From positions 1-64,000 of the forward strand of contig JAZDCY010000063.1 of assembly GCA_036679645.1 (NCBI GenBank): 64,000 nucleotides of DNA, given 5' to 3'. The stretch comes from Gemmatimonadota bacterium. GTDB lineage: Bacteria > Gemmatimonadota > Gemmatimonadetes > Gemmatimonadales > GWC2-71-9. The notes beneath the pieces are model-generated. The model did not search any database and was not told the DNA's origin. It worked only from the letters and a program-made list of their open reading frames with translations. Position 1 is the stretch's first letter. The number at the start of each line of letters is the position of its first letter. Shown piece after piece: positions 21,733 through 33,700 of the stretch. The translations under genes were made by a program, and so were the position numbers.

Positions 21733-23204
21733 CCGACACCGGCGAACGGGCTCGGCCCACGATCTCCTCGACGGTGCAGAGCACGGACGGGCTGATCCGG
21801 ACCGCGGGCCGCGAGTTCCTGGTGCACTTCTATGCGGCACTCCGGACCCTGAAACTCTATCCCGTCGAGAACGAACAGGTCCAGCGCGCCCTCGACGATC
21901 TCGACAAGTCGGCGCGCATCATAATCGAAATCGAAGAGCCACTAGAGATCCGCATCAGCGGCGAGTTCATCTTCGTCAACGCCATCCGCCTCCGCCTCAA
22001 CCTGGACAACTACGCCTCGTTCGGTCACGTGCTGAACATCTTTGCGGCGTCCGGGGTCGGCGTGATGACGGTCGACGAAGACGTCCAGCGCCGGGACTGG
22101 CAGATCTTCGTCTCGCTGCTCCTTGCGTCGGTCAGCACACCGCCGACGGCTGACAAGCTGACCGATCTGCACCAGAAGATGCTCCAGGGTGGGGTCACGA
22201 ACATCAGCGTCGATCCTCCCGTGGACCTCGACGAGGAACTCGAGAACGAAGATCGACGCAAGGAAGTCGCCAAGCGCACCTATGAGCGGTCGGTCGCGGT
22301 CACCAAGGAAGTCGTAAACAGCGTGCGCATGGGACGTAGTGCCAGCGTCAAGAAAGTGAAACGCGCGGTGCAGGGGATCGTTGACCAGGTACTGAGCAAC
22401 GAGGTCTCACTCGTGGGCCTCACTACGATCCGCGATTACGACGAGTACACGTTCACCCACTCGGTTAACGTGTGCATCTTCGCGGTCGCGATTGGCCGAC
22501 GCCTGGGCCTCACGCGGCTCCAGCTGTACGATCTCGGGCTCGCCGCGCTCTTCCACGATGTCGGCAAGAGCCGAGTGCCGCTCGAGGTGCTCACGAAGAC
22601 CGGCGCGCTCGATGAGGACGAATGGCGCATCATGCAATCCCACCCATGGCTCGGGGTCCTCACGCTCTTCGGGATGCGCGGATATGGAGAGATCCCGTAC
22701 CGTGCGATGATCGTTGCCCACGAACATCACATGAAGATCGATCTCACCGGGTATCCCAAGGCGCTGCGCGAGCGTGATCTTACGGCCTACTCGAAGATCG
22801 TGGCCGTGGCCGACGGTTTCGATGCCGCGACATCGCGACGCTCGTACCAGACCGTTCCGCTCCAGCCGGACGAGGTCCTGCGCGAGATGTGGGAGAACCC
22901 GCGGCGCGGGTACGACCCCGTGCTGGTGAAGGCGCTCATCAACCTGGTGGGGATCTATCCTGTCGGGACCTGCGTCATTCTCGACGGCTACGAGCTGGCG
23001 GTCGTCCACGCGGCCAATTCCGACCTCACGCAGATTCACCGGCCCATGGTGCGCATCGTCATGACCGAAGACGGACAGCGGATACCCGAGGGGCAGCTCG
23101 TCGACCTGGCCGAGGTCGGAGCTGACGGCAACTTCAAGCGATCGATCATCAAGGTGACCGATCCGGCTAAGTGGGGCATTACACCCGGCGACTACTTTGT
23201 CTGA
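21729..23204 (+). CDS. HD-GYP domain protein (cyclic dinucleotide phosphodiesterase)
   Basis: YTFTHSVNV, FHDVGK, HEHH..DLTGYP, VADGFDAATSRRSY. Confidence 0.9.
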   Translation: MTDTGERARPTISSTVQSTDGLIRTAGREFLVHFYAALRTLKLYPVENEQVQRALDDLDKSARIIIEIEEPLEIRISGEFIFVNAIRLRLNLDNYASFGHVLNIFAASGVGVMTVDEDVQRRDWQIFVSLLLASVSTPPTADKLTDLHQKMLQGGVTNISVDPPVDLDEELENEDRRKEVAKRTYERSVAVTKEVVNSVRMGRSASVKKVKRAVQGIVDQVLSNEVSLVGLTTIRDYDEYTFTHSVNVCIFAVAIGRRLGLTRLQLYDLGLAALFHDVGKSRVPLEVLTKTGALDEDEWRIMQSHPWLGVLTLFGMRGYGEIPYRAMIVAHEHHMKIDLTGYPKALRERDLTAYSKIVAVADGFDAATSRRSYQTVPLQPDEVLREMWENPRRGYDPVLVKALINLVGIYPVGTCVILDGYELAVVHAANSDLTQIHRPMVRIVMTEDGQRIPEGQLVDLAEVGADGNFKRSIIKVTDPAKWGITPGDYFV

Positions 23205-23994
23205 CCGCCTCGCTGCCCGATGGGCGCAGCTGCGCACCGCCCATCGCGCCGCACTCGTCCCGTACATCACCGCCGGCTATCCGTCTCGCGCCGCCTCGCT
23301 CGATGCACTGCAGATGCTCGAGGACGAGGGCGCCGATATCATCGAGCTGGGGATTCCGTTCAGCGATCCGGTCGCGGACGGGCCCGTCATTCAGCATTCG
23401 ACGCATGCCGCGCTTGCCGCTGGGATGTCGGTACACGGGGCATTCGAGTTGGTCACCGAGGCCCGGCTCGAAGTGCCTGTCATTGCGTTCTCCTACACCA
23501 ACCCGATCCTGTCGTACGGTATCGACGCCTTCCTGCAAGATGCCGCGGCGGTTGGTGTCTCAGGCCTGCTGCTAACGGATCTCCCCGCCGGCGCTGACGA
23601 GAACGTCGAGCGAGCGGTACGCGACAGCCCGCTCGCCCACATCCCGTTGGTCGCGCTCACCACCAAGGCCGACCGTCTCGACGAGGTCCTGCACGGTGCT
23701 CAGGGGTTCGTGTATGTCATCTCCCGACTTGGGGTCACCGGTGGAAGCGTCGACCTGGGGGCTGGCATCGAAGAGAAGGTCGCTGCCGTCCGGGCACGCA
23801 CCGCCTTGCCGGTAGCGGTCGGGTTCGGTATCGATTCCGGGGAGAAGGGACAGCGCGTAGCGGCGTTTGCCGACGGCGTGGTCGTGGGAAGCGCACTGGT
23901 TGCGCGGCTGGGAACGGAACCGGACGGACTCGACAGCGCGCGGGCCCTGATGCGCGAGCTACGGTCGGCGCTCGACGCGGTACCGGTCGCCTAG
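23197..23994 (+). CDS. trpA: Tryptophan synthase alpha chain
   Basis: PYITAGYP, IELGIPFSDPVADGPVIQ, GVTG, VGFGI, VVGSA. Confidence 0.97.
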   Translation: MSDRLAARWAQLRTAHRAALVPYITAGYPSRAASLDALQMLEDEGADIIELGIPFSDPVADGPVIQHSTHAALAAGMSVHGAFELVTEARLEVPVIAFSYTNPILSYGIDAFLQDAAAVGVSGLLLTDLPAGADENVERAVRDSPLAHIPLVALTTKADRLDEVLHGAQGFVYVISRLGVTGGSVDLGAGIEEKVAAVRARTALPVAVGFGIDSGEKGQRVAAFADGVVVGSALVARLGTEPDGLDSARALMRELRSALDAVPVA

Positions 23995-23997
23995 CTC

Positions 23998-24387
23998 ATG
24001 ACGAACGCCACGAACAACTCAGATCACATCTCGCTCACCGGCATGCGCTTTCACACGCTCGTGGGGCTCCTCCCGCACGAGGAGAGCATCCCGCAGCCAC
24101 TCGAGCTCGATCTAACTGTCTGGCTCTCGCTGCGCGGTGTTGGCGAGACCGACTCGCCGCGCCAGCTCGTCGACTACCGGGATCTCTACCAATTGGTCGC
24201 GGGCGTCGTGGGCAGCAGCCCGCACAAGCTCCTGGAGGCGCTCTGCGAGAAGATCGCGTCACGGGTGCTCGAGGTCGCACCAATCGATCGCGTCCGCGTA
24301 GCGGCACGAAAGCCACACGTACCTATTCCCGGACCACTCGAGTATGTCGAGGTGGTCATCGACCGGTCATCCAGTGACTTGGCGTGA
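23998..24387 (+). CDS. folB: Dihydroneopterin aldolase
   Basis: GMRFHTLVGLLPHE..PQPLELDL, VDY, LLEAL, RKPH. Confidence 0.9.
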   Translation: MTNATNNSDHISLTGMRFHTLVGLLPHEESIPQPLELDLTVWLSLRGVGETDSPRQLVDYRDLYQLVAGVVGSSPHKLLEALCEKIASRVLEVAPIDRVRVAARKPHVPIPGPLEYVEVVIDRSSSDLA

Positions 24388-24793
24388 GTGGGTCTACGTA
24401 GCGCTGGGATCGAACCTCGGCGATCGGGAGGCACACCTCGCAGCGGCTCGCCACGCCCTGGCAGGGTTGCCTCGGACCGAGGTGGCCGCCGCCAGCACTA
24501 TCGAGGAAACGGCTCCCCTGGGACCGCCCAAGCAGGGATCATACCTGAACCAGATGGTGTTACTGCATACGGAGCTGGAGCCGGCACGTCTGCTCACAGA
24601 GCTGTTGCGCATTGAGGACACACGGGGGAGGAAGCGAGGCACGCGGTGGGGGCCGCGGACGCTCGATCTCGATATCGTGCGTTACGGCACGCGCGAGCAG
24701 GCCGACGCCGACCTGCAACTGCCACACCCCGAATTGGGTCATCGACCTTTTTGGCAACGAGAACTGGCAGAGCTAGAGCCCCATGTCCGGTAG
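24374..24793 (+). CDS. folK: 2-amino-4-hydroxy-6-hydroxymethyldihydropteridine diphosphokinase
   Basis: YVALGSNLGDR, YLN, RWGPRTLDLDI, LPHP. Confidence 0.95.
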   Translation: MTWREWVYVALGSNLGDREAHLAAARHALAGLPRTEVAAASTIEETAPLGPPKQGSYLNQMVLLHTELEPARLLTELLRIEDTRGRKRGTRWGPRTLDLDIVRYGTREQADADLQLPHPELGHRPFWQRELAELEPHVR

Positions 24794-24872
24794 CGCCAAG
24801 ATCTCGCTGACCGACAGCCGCACGGCAATGAAATCGCGTGGTCTCGACGGGGCACACGGCTTCCAGCAATGA
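24783..24872 (+). pseudogene. panB: panB relic (N- and C-termini fused by internal deletion)
   Basis: 29-codon ORF MSGSAKISLTDSRTAMKSRGLDGAHGFQQ*; stop overlaps panC ATG (ATGA); occupies the usual folK-panB-panC slot. Confidence 0.6.
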
Positions 24873-25744
24873 TCGAGATCGCCACCATCGAGGCGCTGCG
24901 CGGCTGGCGACGTGAGCAGCGCCGCGGCAAGCTACGCGTCGGCTTCGTACCGACAATGGGATCGCTCCACGAAGGCCACCTGAGACTGGTGGACCGGGCG
25001 CGGACGCTGTCGGACAGGACCGTGCTCAGCGTGTTCGTCAACCCTACACAGTTTGGTCCCGGCGAAGATCTTGACAAGTATCCGCGCGATCGCGTGCGCG
25101 ATGGGGAACTTGCCGCCGCACGAGACGTCGACTGTCTCTTCGCCCCGCACACGTCGGACGTGTATCCAGAGAAAAGCGCCATTACCGTCTCCCCCGGACC
25201 TCTCGCCGACCGACTCTGCGGCACAAACCGTCCTGGACATTTCGCGGGAGTGCTGCTCGTAGTGCTGAAACTCCTCAACATGGTAGAGCCAGACGTCGCG
25301 ATCTTCGGGCGCAAGGACGCGCAGCAGGCGTGGCTGATTCGGCGCATGGTCCACGATCTCAACGTGCCGGTGATCATCGACGTCGCGCCGATCGTGCGCG
25401 AACCGGATGGCCTGGCAATGAGCTCTCGCAACGCATACCTCGACCGCACCCAGCGGTGCGCCGCCGCCGCGCTGTCCCGGGCCCTCGAGGCAGGACATCG
25501 GGCATTCGTTGGGGGAGATACGGAGCCCGCACACATCATCGACGTGACCAGGGCCGTTCTGGCCAACGAGCCCGCGGTCGTGGTCGAATATGTCGACGTG
25601 GTCGATCCTACGACCCTTGCGACACCGGAACGAGCGCACGACCAGTCCGTACTGGCCCTCGCCGTCCAACTCGGCGGGACGCGGCTGATTGATAACGTAC
25701 CCTTGGGCGCAGGGCTTTCGGCTGATGTCTTCGTCGAGCGCTGA
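24869..25744 (+). CDS. panC: Pantoate--beta-alanine ligase
   Basis: FVPTMGSLHEGH, SVFVNPTQF, RPGHF, FGRKDAQQ, GLAMSSRN, RLIDN. Confidence 0.97.
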   Translation: MIEIATIEALRGWRREQRRGKLRVGFVPTMGSLHEGHLRLVDRARTLSDRTVLSVFVNPTQFGPGEDLDKYPRDRVRDGELAAARDVDCLFAPHTSDVYPEKSAITVSPGPLADRLCGTNRPGHFAGVLLVVLKLLNMVEPDVAIFGRKDAQQAWLIRRMVHDLNVPVIIDVAPIVREPDGLAMSSRNAYLDRTQRCAAAALSRALEAGHRAFVGGDTEPAHIIDVTRAVLANEPAVVVEYVDVVDPTTLATPERAHDQSVLALAVQLGGTRLIDNVPLGAGLSADVFVER

Positions 25745-26279
25745 CGGGGCGCGCGGCCTACCGCCGTGGGCTCACGTCTCTCCACACCGTCGCGAACACA
25801 TCGCGCGGGTAGCCGGCCTGCTCGACGCGTGGGCGAGCCGGATCGCCGTACCCGACGCGGAACGCATGCGATGGCTCCGTGCCGCCTATCTGCATGACGC
25901 TCTGAAGGACGCCCCGGCAGACGAGTTGGCGGAACTTGCCGGTCCCGAGTGGCCGCAACGGGAGATCCGACACGGTCCCGCGGCCGCACGAAAAGCCGAG
26001 TTGGCCGGAGAAGACGACGGCGGCGTGCTGGATGCCGTACGCTACCACTCCGTAGGGTATGCGCCGTGGGATCAGGTGGGTCGCATGCTGTACCTCGCGG
26101 ACTATCTCGAACCGGGCCGTGCCTTCTCGGGGCGCGAGCACGCTGGCTGGTTGGTGCGTGTTCCAACCGAGCCGGACGTGGTGTTGCGTGAAGTGACGCG
26201 CGGGCGGATTGCACGATCGTTGTCGAACGGACAGTCCCTGTTGCCCCAGACCGTCGCCTTTTGGAACTCGCTCGTCTGA
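25725..26279 (+). CDS. YqeK-like HD-domain phosphohydrolase (Ap4A hydrolase family)
   Basis: RREHIARV, YLHDALK, HGPAAA, VRYHSVG, LYLADYLEPGR. Confidence 0.8.
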   Translation: MSSSSADGARGLPPWAHVSPHRREHIARVAGLLDAWASRIAVPDAERMRWLRAAYLHDALKDAPADELAELAGPEWPQREIRHGPAAARKAELAGEDDGGVLDAVRYHSVGYAPWDQVGRMLYLADYLEPGRAFSGREHAGWLVRVPTEPDVVLREVTRGRIARSLSNGQSLLPQTVAFWNSLV

Positions 26280-26680
26280 AGTGGGGGCTTGGGATTGCGG
26301 CCGTCGTGGCAGCGGCGGCTGTGAGCGTGTGGCGCACGCGCGACGCGGGACCCGATCACGACGCCACGCCCGGGATTCCCGGCGAGGTTATCCCACTCGA
26401 GGTCGAAGTCTTGAACGCTACGACCATCGATGGTCTGGCGCGCCGGGTAACGCAATTGCTCCGCCGCCGTGGCATCGATGTGGTCTTCTATGGCTCCGAG
26501 CGACCGGGTGCGGTGGCTGTAACGACGCTCATTGTACGCCACGGCGATTCCACGGTCGCGATCCCCGTACGGAGTGCGCTTGGGATAGGGCGCATCGTCG
26601 TGGAACCTGACGAGGTGGCGCTGCTGGATGTCTCGGTGCTACTGGGCCCCGACGCCGCCGGCCTCAGAGACAATCCGTAG
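26261..26680 (+). CDS. LytR C-terminal domain protein
   Basis: TM then VEVLNATTIDGLARRVT..L...G.DV and DVSVLLGPD. Confidence 0.85.
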   Translation: MELARLKWGLGIAAVVAAAAVSVWRTRDAGPDHDATPGIPGEVIPLEVEVLNATTIDGLARRVTQLLRRRGIDVVFYGSERPGAVAVTTLIVRHGDSTVAIPVRSALGIGRIVVEPDEVALLDVSVLLGPDAAGLRDNP

Positions 26681-27682
26681 CTGGCCGCACGCAGCCTCGA
26701 TGTCCAGACCGCGGCTCTTGCGGACGGTCACGTTCACTTCGCGAGCTCGCAGCACGTCCGCAAGGGCGTGCATGCGCTCCGGAGGTGTCGGCTGAAGGTG
26801 CGGGGCACCACCCGGGTGGAGTGGCAGGAGGTTGACGTGCGCGCGGAGTCCGCGCGCGCACGACGCCAGCGCTTCGGCATCTGCATCACTGTCATTTGCC
26901 CCGTGGATGCAGACGTACTCGAAGGTCACCCGGCGGGGAAACTTGGCCAGTTCCAACAGGACTTCGTCGAGCGGGTACTTCCGCTCGACGGGCATCAACG
27001 CTTGTCGCCGATCACTGCGTGCCGCGTGGAGTGACAGGGCCACACGAAACTGCTCCGGCCGTGCAGCGAGTTTGCGAAGCCCGGGCACCACACCGATCGT
27101 GCTCACCGTGATGTGACGGGCCCCGATCCCAAAGCCACGGGCATCGTTGAGCACCGACAGCGCGACATCCACCGCCGCCCAATTGTGTAGTGGTTCGCCC
27201 ATGCCCATGAACACGATATTGGTGGGTGCGGCAACGTCAGGGCGAAGCACCAGTTCCCGCACCTGCGCGGTGATCTCCCAGGGAGCGAGGTGCCGGCCGA
27301 AGCCCATGCGCCCGGTAGCGCAGAAGACGCAACCGTACGCGCAACCCGCTTGTGAGGAAATGCAGAGCGTGCGGCGGCGGCGACCTTCTGGGATCATCAC
27401 ACTCTCTATCGCCGCCCCGTCGTCAAAACGCCAGAGAAACTTGCGAGTGCCGTCTCGCGCTTGGCGCTCGATCTCCAGCGCCGGCAATCGAAGCGGATGT
27501 GCGCGATCGAGGTCGGCGGCGAGGTCGCGGGGCAGATCGGTAGCGTCCGCCCAGACACGAACGGGCCGCTGCCACAGGCGGGGCAACAGCTGCCGTGCCC
27601 GGTACGGCGGATGACCGCGCTCGGTGACCCACCGCTCTATGGCGGCCGCCGCAGCGGCCGGCGTGAGGTCCAACCAAGTCAC
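26639..27682 (-). CDS. rlmN: 23S rRNA/tRNA methyltransferase RlmN
   Basis: CISSQAGCAYGCVFCATG, VFMGMGEP, GLDIEAACGQL; GTG 27682. Confidence 0.95.
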   Translation of the reverse strand: MTWLDLTPAAAAAAIERWVTERGHPPYRARQLLPRLWQRPVRVWADATDLPRDLAADLDRAHPLRLPALEIERQARDGTRKFLWRFDDGAAIESVMIPEGRRRRTLCISSQAGCAYGCVFCATGRMGFGRHLAPWEITAQVRELVLRPDVAAPTNIVFMGMGEPLHNWAAVDVALSVLNDARGFGIGARHITVSTIGVVPGLRKLAARPEQFRVALSLHAARSDRRQALMPVERKYPLDEVLLELAKFPRRVTFEYVCIHGANDSDADAEALASCARGLRAHVNLLPLHPGGAPHLQPTPPERMHALADVLRAREVNVTVRKSRGLDIEAACGQLRIVSEAGGVGAQ

Positions 27683-28581
27683 GGGCCGATGTCCGTTCCC
27701 ACACCGATGCGAAACACGCCCCCTACCGCGTTCAGACCGCTCCCCCGGGCAACCGAGACCCGATAACGCCCCGCCCGAAACGCGAGCTCCACGACGGGCC
27801 GCCACGACGCGGTCCCAAACCCCTGCTCACGGGTCAACCCGAGATCGACGCGCAACCGATCCTGGAGGGCAATACCGCCGCTCAGCGTGTGCTCCAAGCC
27901 GGCACCGGCCGGACGGTAGGTAAACCCGTACCGTCCAAAAACGAGGGCGGTCGACCCCCAGAGCGTCGCGGTGCGCATCTGGTACTCGGCAGCCGCGTAG
28001 TAATCGGTCGCCTGATGGCCGGCGAGATCCGGCGTGGCGAATCGCGACGCGCCGGCGAGTGTTAGTCGTGGCATGAGCACGATCCGCCCACCGATATCGA
28101 CCGTCAGACCACTCTCGGACCGGAAGTCGAAGCGCGACTCGTGCGCGCGGACGGTGAGACCGAGACGAGCCGGACCGAGCACCGCCCCGACCGCGGCGCC
28201 CGCGAACTGCTCGTAGACGAGAATCTCACCCAGCTCACTCGTGGGCGACGTCGTAGTGCGGATCAGCTCGTCGACCGACACGCGCCCCGCGAGCACGCCG
28301 ACCGAGAATCGGCGGCTGACCCGAAAGGTGACGCCAGCGAGGATCGCGCTCAGCGACACCACGTCCGCCGTTTGCAGCACCTCGGCCCCTGCCGCGAGGC
28401 GCGCGCGCCCGACCGTCGCGCTCGGATTCCAAAACACGCCCGTCGGGCCTTCCTGCACGGCCGCGGGCCGGCCCAGCGTCGAGGCGGCAACGCGCCACAG
28501 GTCGGCGAGATCCGGTGCCTGTCCATGGAGCGGGGCCGCGAGCGCCGCACCCGCGCAGAGAGATAGCCACAGCGCTTTCAC
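27679..28581 (-). CDS. Putative outer-membrane beta-barrel protein (PorV/FadL-like)
   Basis: Signal peptide VKALWLSLCAGAALAAPLHGQ, VFWNP motif, alternating beta-strand pattern; TTGACA-N17-CAACCT promoter 6 nt before the GTG. Confidence 0.6.
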   Translation of the reverse strand: MKALWLSLCAGAALAAPLHGQAPDLADLWRVAASTLGRPAAVQEGPTGVFWNPSATVGRARLAAGAEVLQTADVVSLSAILAGVTFRVSRRFSVGVLAGRVSVDELIRTTTSPTSELGEILVYEQFAGAAVGAVLGPARLGLTVRAHESRFDFRSESGLTVDIGGRIVLMPRLTLAGASRFATPDLAGHQATDYYAAAEYQMRTATLWGSTALVFGRYGFTYRPAGAGLEHTLSGGIALQDRLRVDLGLTREQGFGTASWRPVVELAFRAGRYRVSVARGSGLNAVGGVFRIGVGTDIGP

Positions 28582-28767
28582 GGCCGTAGGTTGCCGGGTC
28601 CCCTCCGGAGTGTCAAGCCACCGCTTGCTGGGTCTTTCGGGGGCCATTATGTTGATGTCATGCTGGCACTTGAGCGTCCCAGGACGTGTTGCTCGCTGAC
28701 GGATTGACTCTCTCCAGAAGGCCCCACGCCCGGCACATCCTCCCCGGCAACTAGCCTCAGGGATTCC

Positions 28768-30530
<1,763 letters not shown>

Positions 30531-30534
<4 letters not shown>

Positions 30535-31484
30535 GCAAGGACGTCACGCACCGCATCTCGGCCGAGGGCGCCGATCCTCTCGCGCTCGCCGGCGTCAATG
30601 ACGCGAACCTCGACGAGCTATCGCAGGCGACGGGGGCGCAGATCGCCCTCCGCGGAGATCAGGTCATGGTCGCGGGTTCGCTCGACGCGGTCGAGCACGC
30701 GACCACGTTCGTGACGATCATGGTCGATCGAGCGCGCATGGGTGAAGTACTCGATGTCGATGACGTGCGCCGCCTCGTGGCCGGCGGCGCCAGCGTGGCA
30801 GAGCATTCAGCGAACGGCGATCTCAAGATCGCACTCCCGGGACTGCGCAAGCTCGTACAGCCCAAGTCTCCTGGCCAACGCGAGTACGTCACGGCGATCC
30901 GCGAAAACGACATCGTTATTGGTATTGGGCCGGCGGGAACTGGCAAGACCTATTTGGCCGTTGCCCTCGGTGTAGAAGCGCTCAGCCGTAAAACCGTGCG
31001 CCGCCTCATACTCGCGCGCCCGGCAGTGGAAGCCGGGGAACGCCTCGGGTTTCTGCCTGGCGACATGCAGGCCAAGGTCGACCCCTATCTGCGCCCGCTG
31101 TACGACGCGCTCGAAGACATGATGCCGGCGGATCGCATGCAACGCGCCCTGGATACGCGCATGATCGAGATTGCGCCACTGGCCTACATGCGGGGCCGGA
31201 CGCTGGCGGACGCGTTCGTCATCCTGGATGAGGCACAGAACGTGACCGGCGGTCAGATGAAGATGTTTCTCACACGGCTCGGGGTAAACTCACGCGCGGT
31301 CGTGATCGGGGACAAGACACAAATCGATCTCCCACCGCACGAGGAATCCGGGTTGATTCAGATCGAACGCATTCTTCCCGGGATCGACGGCGTGGGATTC
31401 TGCTACCTAGAGGAACGCGACGTCGTGCGGCACCGTTTGGTCCGGGAGATCATCCGCGCCTACGCGGAAGGCCAAGGCGGATGA
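30531..31484 (+). CDS. phoH: PhoH family ATPase
   Basis: GPAGTGKT, RPAVEAGERLGFLPGD, YMRGRTL, LDEAQN, VVRH. Confidence 0.95.
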
Positions 31485-33700
31485 ACGACGCCCGACGGGT
31501 CCCGCTGGCACTCGAGCCACCTCCCAGCAAGCTCCCACGGCGTATTGGGTTCCATGCCATCCGGTGGTTGCCGCTTGCGTTGCTCGCCGCGGTCACGTAC
31601 GTGCTGTATCCGGACACCGGCTCGACTCAGGCCCCGTTGATGGAGGTAGGAGAAGTAGCGCAGGCAGACGTCGTGGCACCGTTCGCGTTCTACGTCCCCA
31701 AATCACCGGCCGAGATTCAGCGGGAGGCCGACGCCTTGGCGGCGACGGTTCGACCCATCTACGAGTTCCAACCCGAAGCGGTCGATTCCGTGCGGGCGAC
31801 CGCCGTGGCGTTGTTCGACGCGCTCGACGCCACAGAAACCGATTCCACGCTCGCCGACTCCGCTGCGGCGTACGGACTGCGATTGAGCACGGAGGAAGCG
31901 GCGTTCCTATTTGAAGGAAGTCGTAGGGCCGCCTACCGCAGCGCCGCGTTGCGCATGATCGACCGGGAACTCGCACGCGGCATCGTGGCCAACGCCACGA
32001 TCGATTCGGAGACCGCACGGGAAATCATCGAACGACGCGGCGAGACCGAACGAGTCGTCGCCCGAGACGCCGTCCTCTCACTGAGCACGTTCCTCGACCG
32101 CCGCAGCGCACGGCACCCGGAACCCAACTCCGTACTCGGCGATCAGCTCCACGTCCGGCTCCTCAACACGCTTTTCCGCCCCACGCTCGTACCCAACACG
32201 ATCGAGACCGAGGCGCTGCGTGCCGAGCTACGCGCGGATGTCGATTCCCTGAAGGGCCTGGTACGCCAAAACGAGCGTATCATTGGCGAGCACGAGGTCG
32301 TGACCGCTGCAGTGCAGGAGCGCCTCGCGGCGCTGCTGAACGAACTCTCACGCCGCGGCGGGACGGGTGGGGTGACCCTTACGGGCGCGATCGGCAAGAT
32401 CCTGACGAACGCACTGATCCTCTCGATCTTCTGGCTCCTGCTCATGCTGTACCGTCGCGAGACGTACGGGAACGCGCGCCAGATGACGATGGTCGGTGTC
32501 CTCTTCGGGATCGTCGTGCTAGGCGCGGCAGCCATGGTGCGTCTTTCGGCACCGGCGCCCGAACTCATTCCCATCCCGCTGGCCGCGATGTTGATTGCGA
32601 TCTTTTTCAGCGGCCGCGTCGCGATGGTCGCGGCAACCGTCCTCGCGGTACTCCTGGCATCCCAGCACGTCTACGTCACCCAAGCATACTACGGCGACGA
32701 AGCCGCGCTGTATCTCGCGCTCATAGGCGGCGTAGCCGCAGCCGTGGGCATTCGCGCCATGCGCCGCCGCGCCCAGATGCTCGCCACCATGCTAATCGTG
32801 GCGGCCGCGTTCGCGGTGGCCGCCATCGCCATTGGACTGGCCGCGGACTATGAGATCGCGCGTATTGGCCTTACGATCATGCGCGGCGGGGGGAACGCTG
32901 TGGTTTCGGCGGCGCTGGCCAGCGTGGCGCTACCAGTGCTCGAAAACGTGAGCCGTTTGACGACAGATCTGACGCTGCTCGAGCTCTCCAATCCAACACA
33001 CCCGCTGGTGCGGCGCCTTGCCACCGAGGCGCCGGGCACCTACGCGCACACTATCGCCGTAGCCAATCTGTGTGAGGCCGGCTGCAATGCGATTGGCGCC
33101 AACGGATTGCTCGCGCGCGTCGGGTGCTACTACCACGATATCGGCAAGATCAAGAAGCCCCAGTTCTTCGTCGAGAATCAGAGTGGCGGCACCAACCCGC
33201 ACGACAAACTGAAGCCGGATGTGTCGGCCACGATCATTCGCAATCACGTAAAGGAAGGAATGGCGTTGGCCGACGAAGCGGGGCTCCCCGACATCGTCAA
33301 GGCGTTCATTCCGGAGCACCATGGCACCGCCGAGATCACGTATTTCCTCGAGCGGGCAAGGGACCGCGGCGACGAGCCTCCGGCCGACCATTACCGATAT
33401 CCCGGGCCCAAACCGCGATCGGTCGAGACCGCCGTTGCAATGCTAGCGGACGGCGTGGAAGCCGCCCTTCGGGTGCTCAACGACCCCTCACCACAGGATA
33501 TCCGTGAGGCGATCGACCACATCGTGGGGCAACGCGTGGCGACAGGTCAGTTGAACGATGCGCCGTTGACGCTGGCCCAACTCGATCGCGTGAAAGAGGA
33601 ATTCAGCCGGGTCGTGTCCGGTGTGCACCACAACCGAATCGACTATCCGGTTAGGGCAGGTGGGATCGCTGCAGAATGGAAACCGGCTGCCCGCGCATGA
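31481..33700 (+). CDS. 7TM-HD (HDIG) phosphohydrolase, PgpH-like
   Basis: Extracellular domain, multi-TM block, EAPGTYAH, YYHDIGK, FFVENQ, EHHGT, YRYPGPKP. Confidence 0.9.
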   Translation: MNDARRVPLALEPPPSKLPRRIGFHAIRWLPLALLAAVTYVLYPDTGSTQAPLMEVGEVAQADVVAPFAFYVPKSPAEIQREADALAATVRPIYEFQPEAVDSVRATAVALFDALDATETDSTLADSAAAYGLRLSTEEAAFLFEGSRRAAYRSAALRMIDRELARGIVANATIDSETAREIIERRGETERVVARDAVLSLSTFLDRRSARHPEPNSVLGDQLHVRLLNTLFRPTLVPNTIETEALRAELRADVDSLKGLVRQNERIIGEHEVVTAAVQERLAALLNELSRRGGTGGVTLTGAIGKILTNALILSIFWLLLMLYRRETYGNARQMTMVGVLFGIVVLGAAAMVRLSAPAPELIPIPLAAMLIAIFFSGRVAMVAATVLAVLLASQHVYVTQAYYGDEAALYLALIGGVAAAVGIRAMRRRAQMLATMLIVAAAFAVAAIAIGLAADYEIARIGLTIMRGGGNAVVSAALASVALPVLENVSRLTTDLTLLELSNPTHPLVRRLATEAPGTYAHTIAVANLCEAGCNAIGANGLLARVGCYYHDIGKIKKPQFFVENQSGGTNPHDKLKPDVSATIIRNHVKEGMALADEAGLPDIVKAFIPEHHGTAEITYFLERARDRGDEPPADHYRYPGPKPRSVETAVAMLADGVEAALRVLNDPSPQDIREAIDHIVGQRVATGQLNDAPLTLAQLDRVKEEFSRVVSGVHHNRIDYPVRAGGIAAEWKPAARA

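Noticed and set aside
26639..26680. 42-bp 3' overlap of convergent rlmN and LytR_C genes as a special feature
   Set aside because: Short tail-to-tail overlaps are common in compact GC-rich genomes
28582..28767. tRNA, riboswitch or T-box in the gap before aspS
   Set aside because: No recognisable cloverleaf, T-box or terminator; explained by divergent promoters, although a covariance search was not possible
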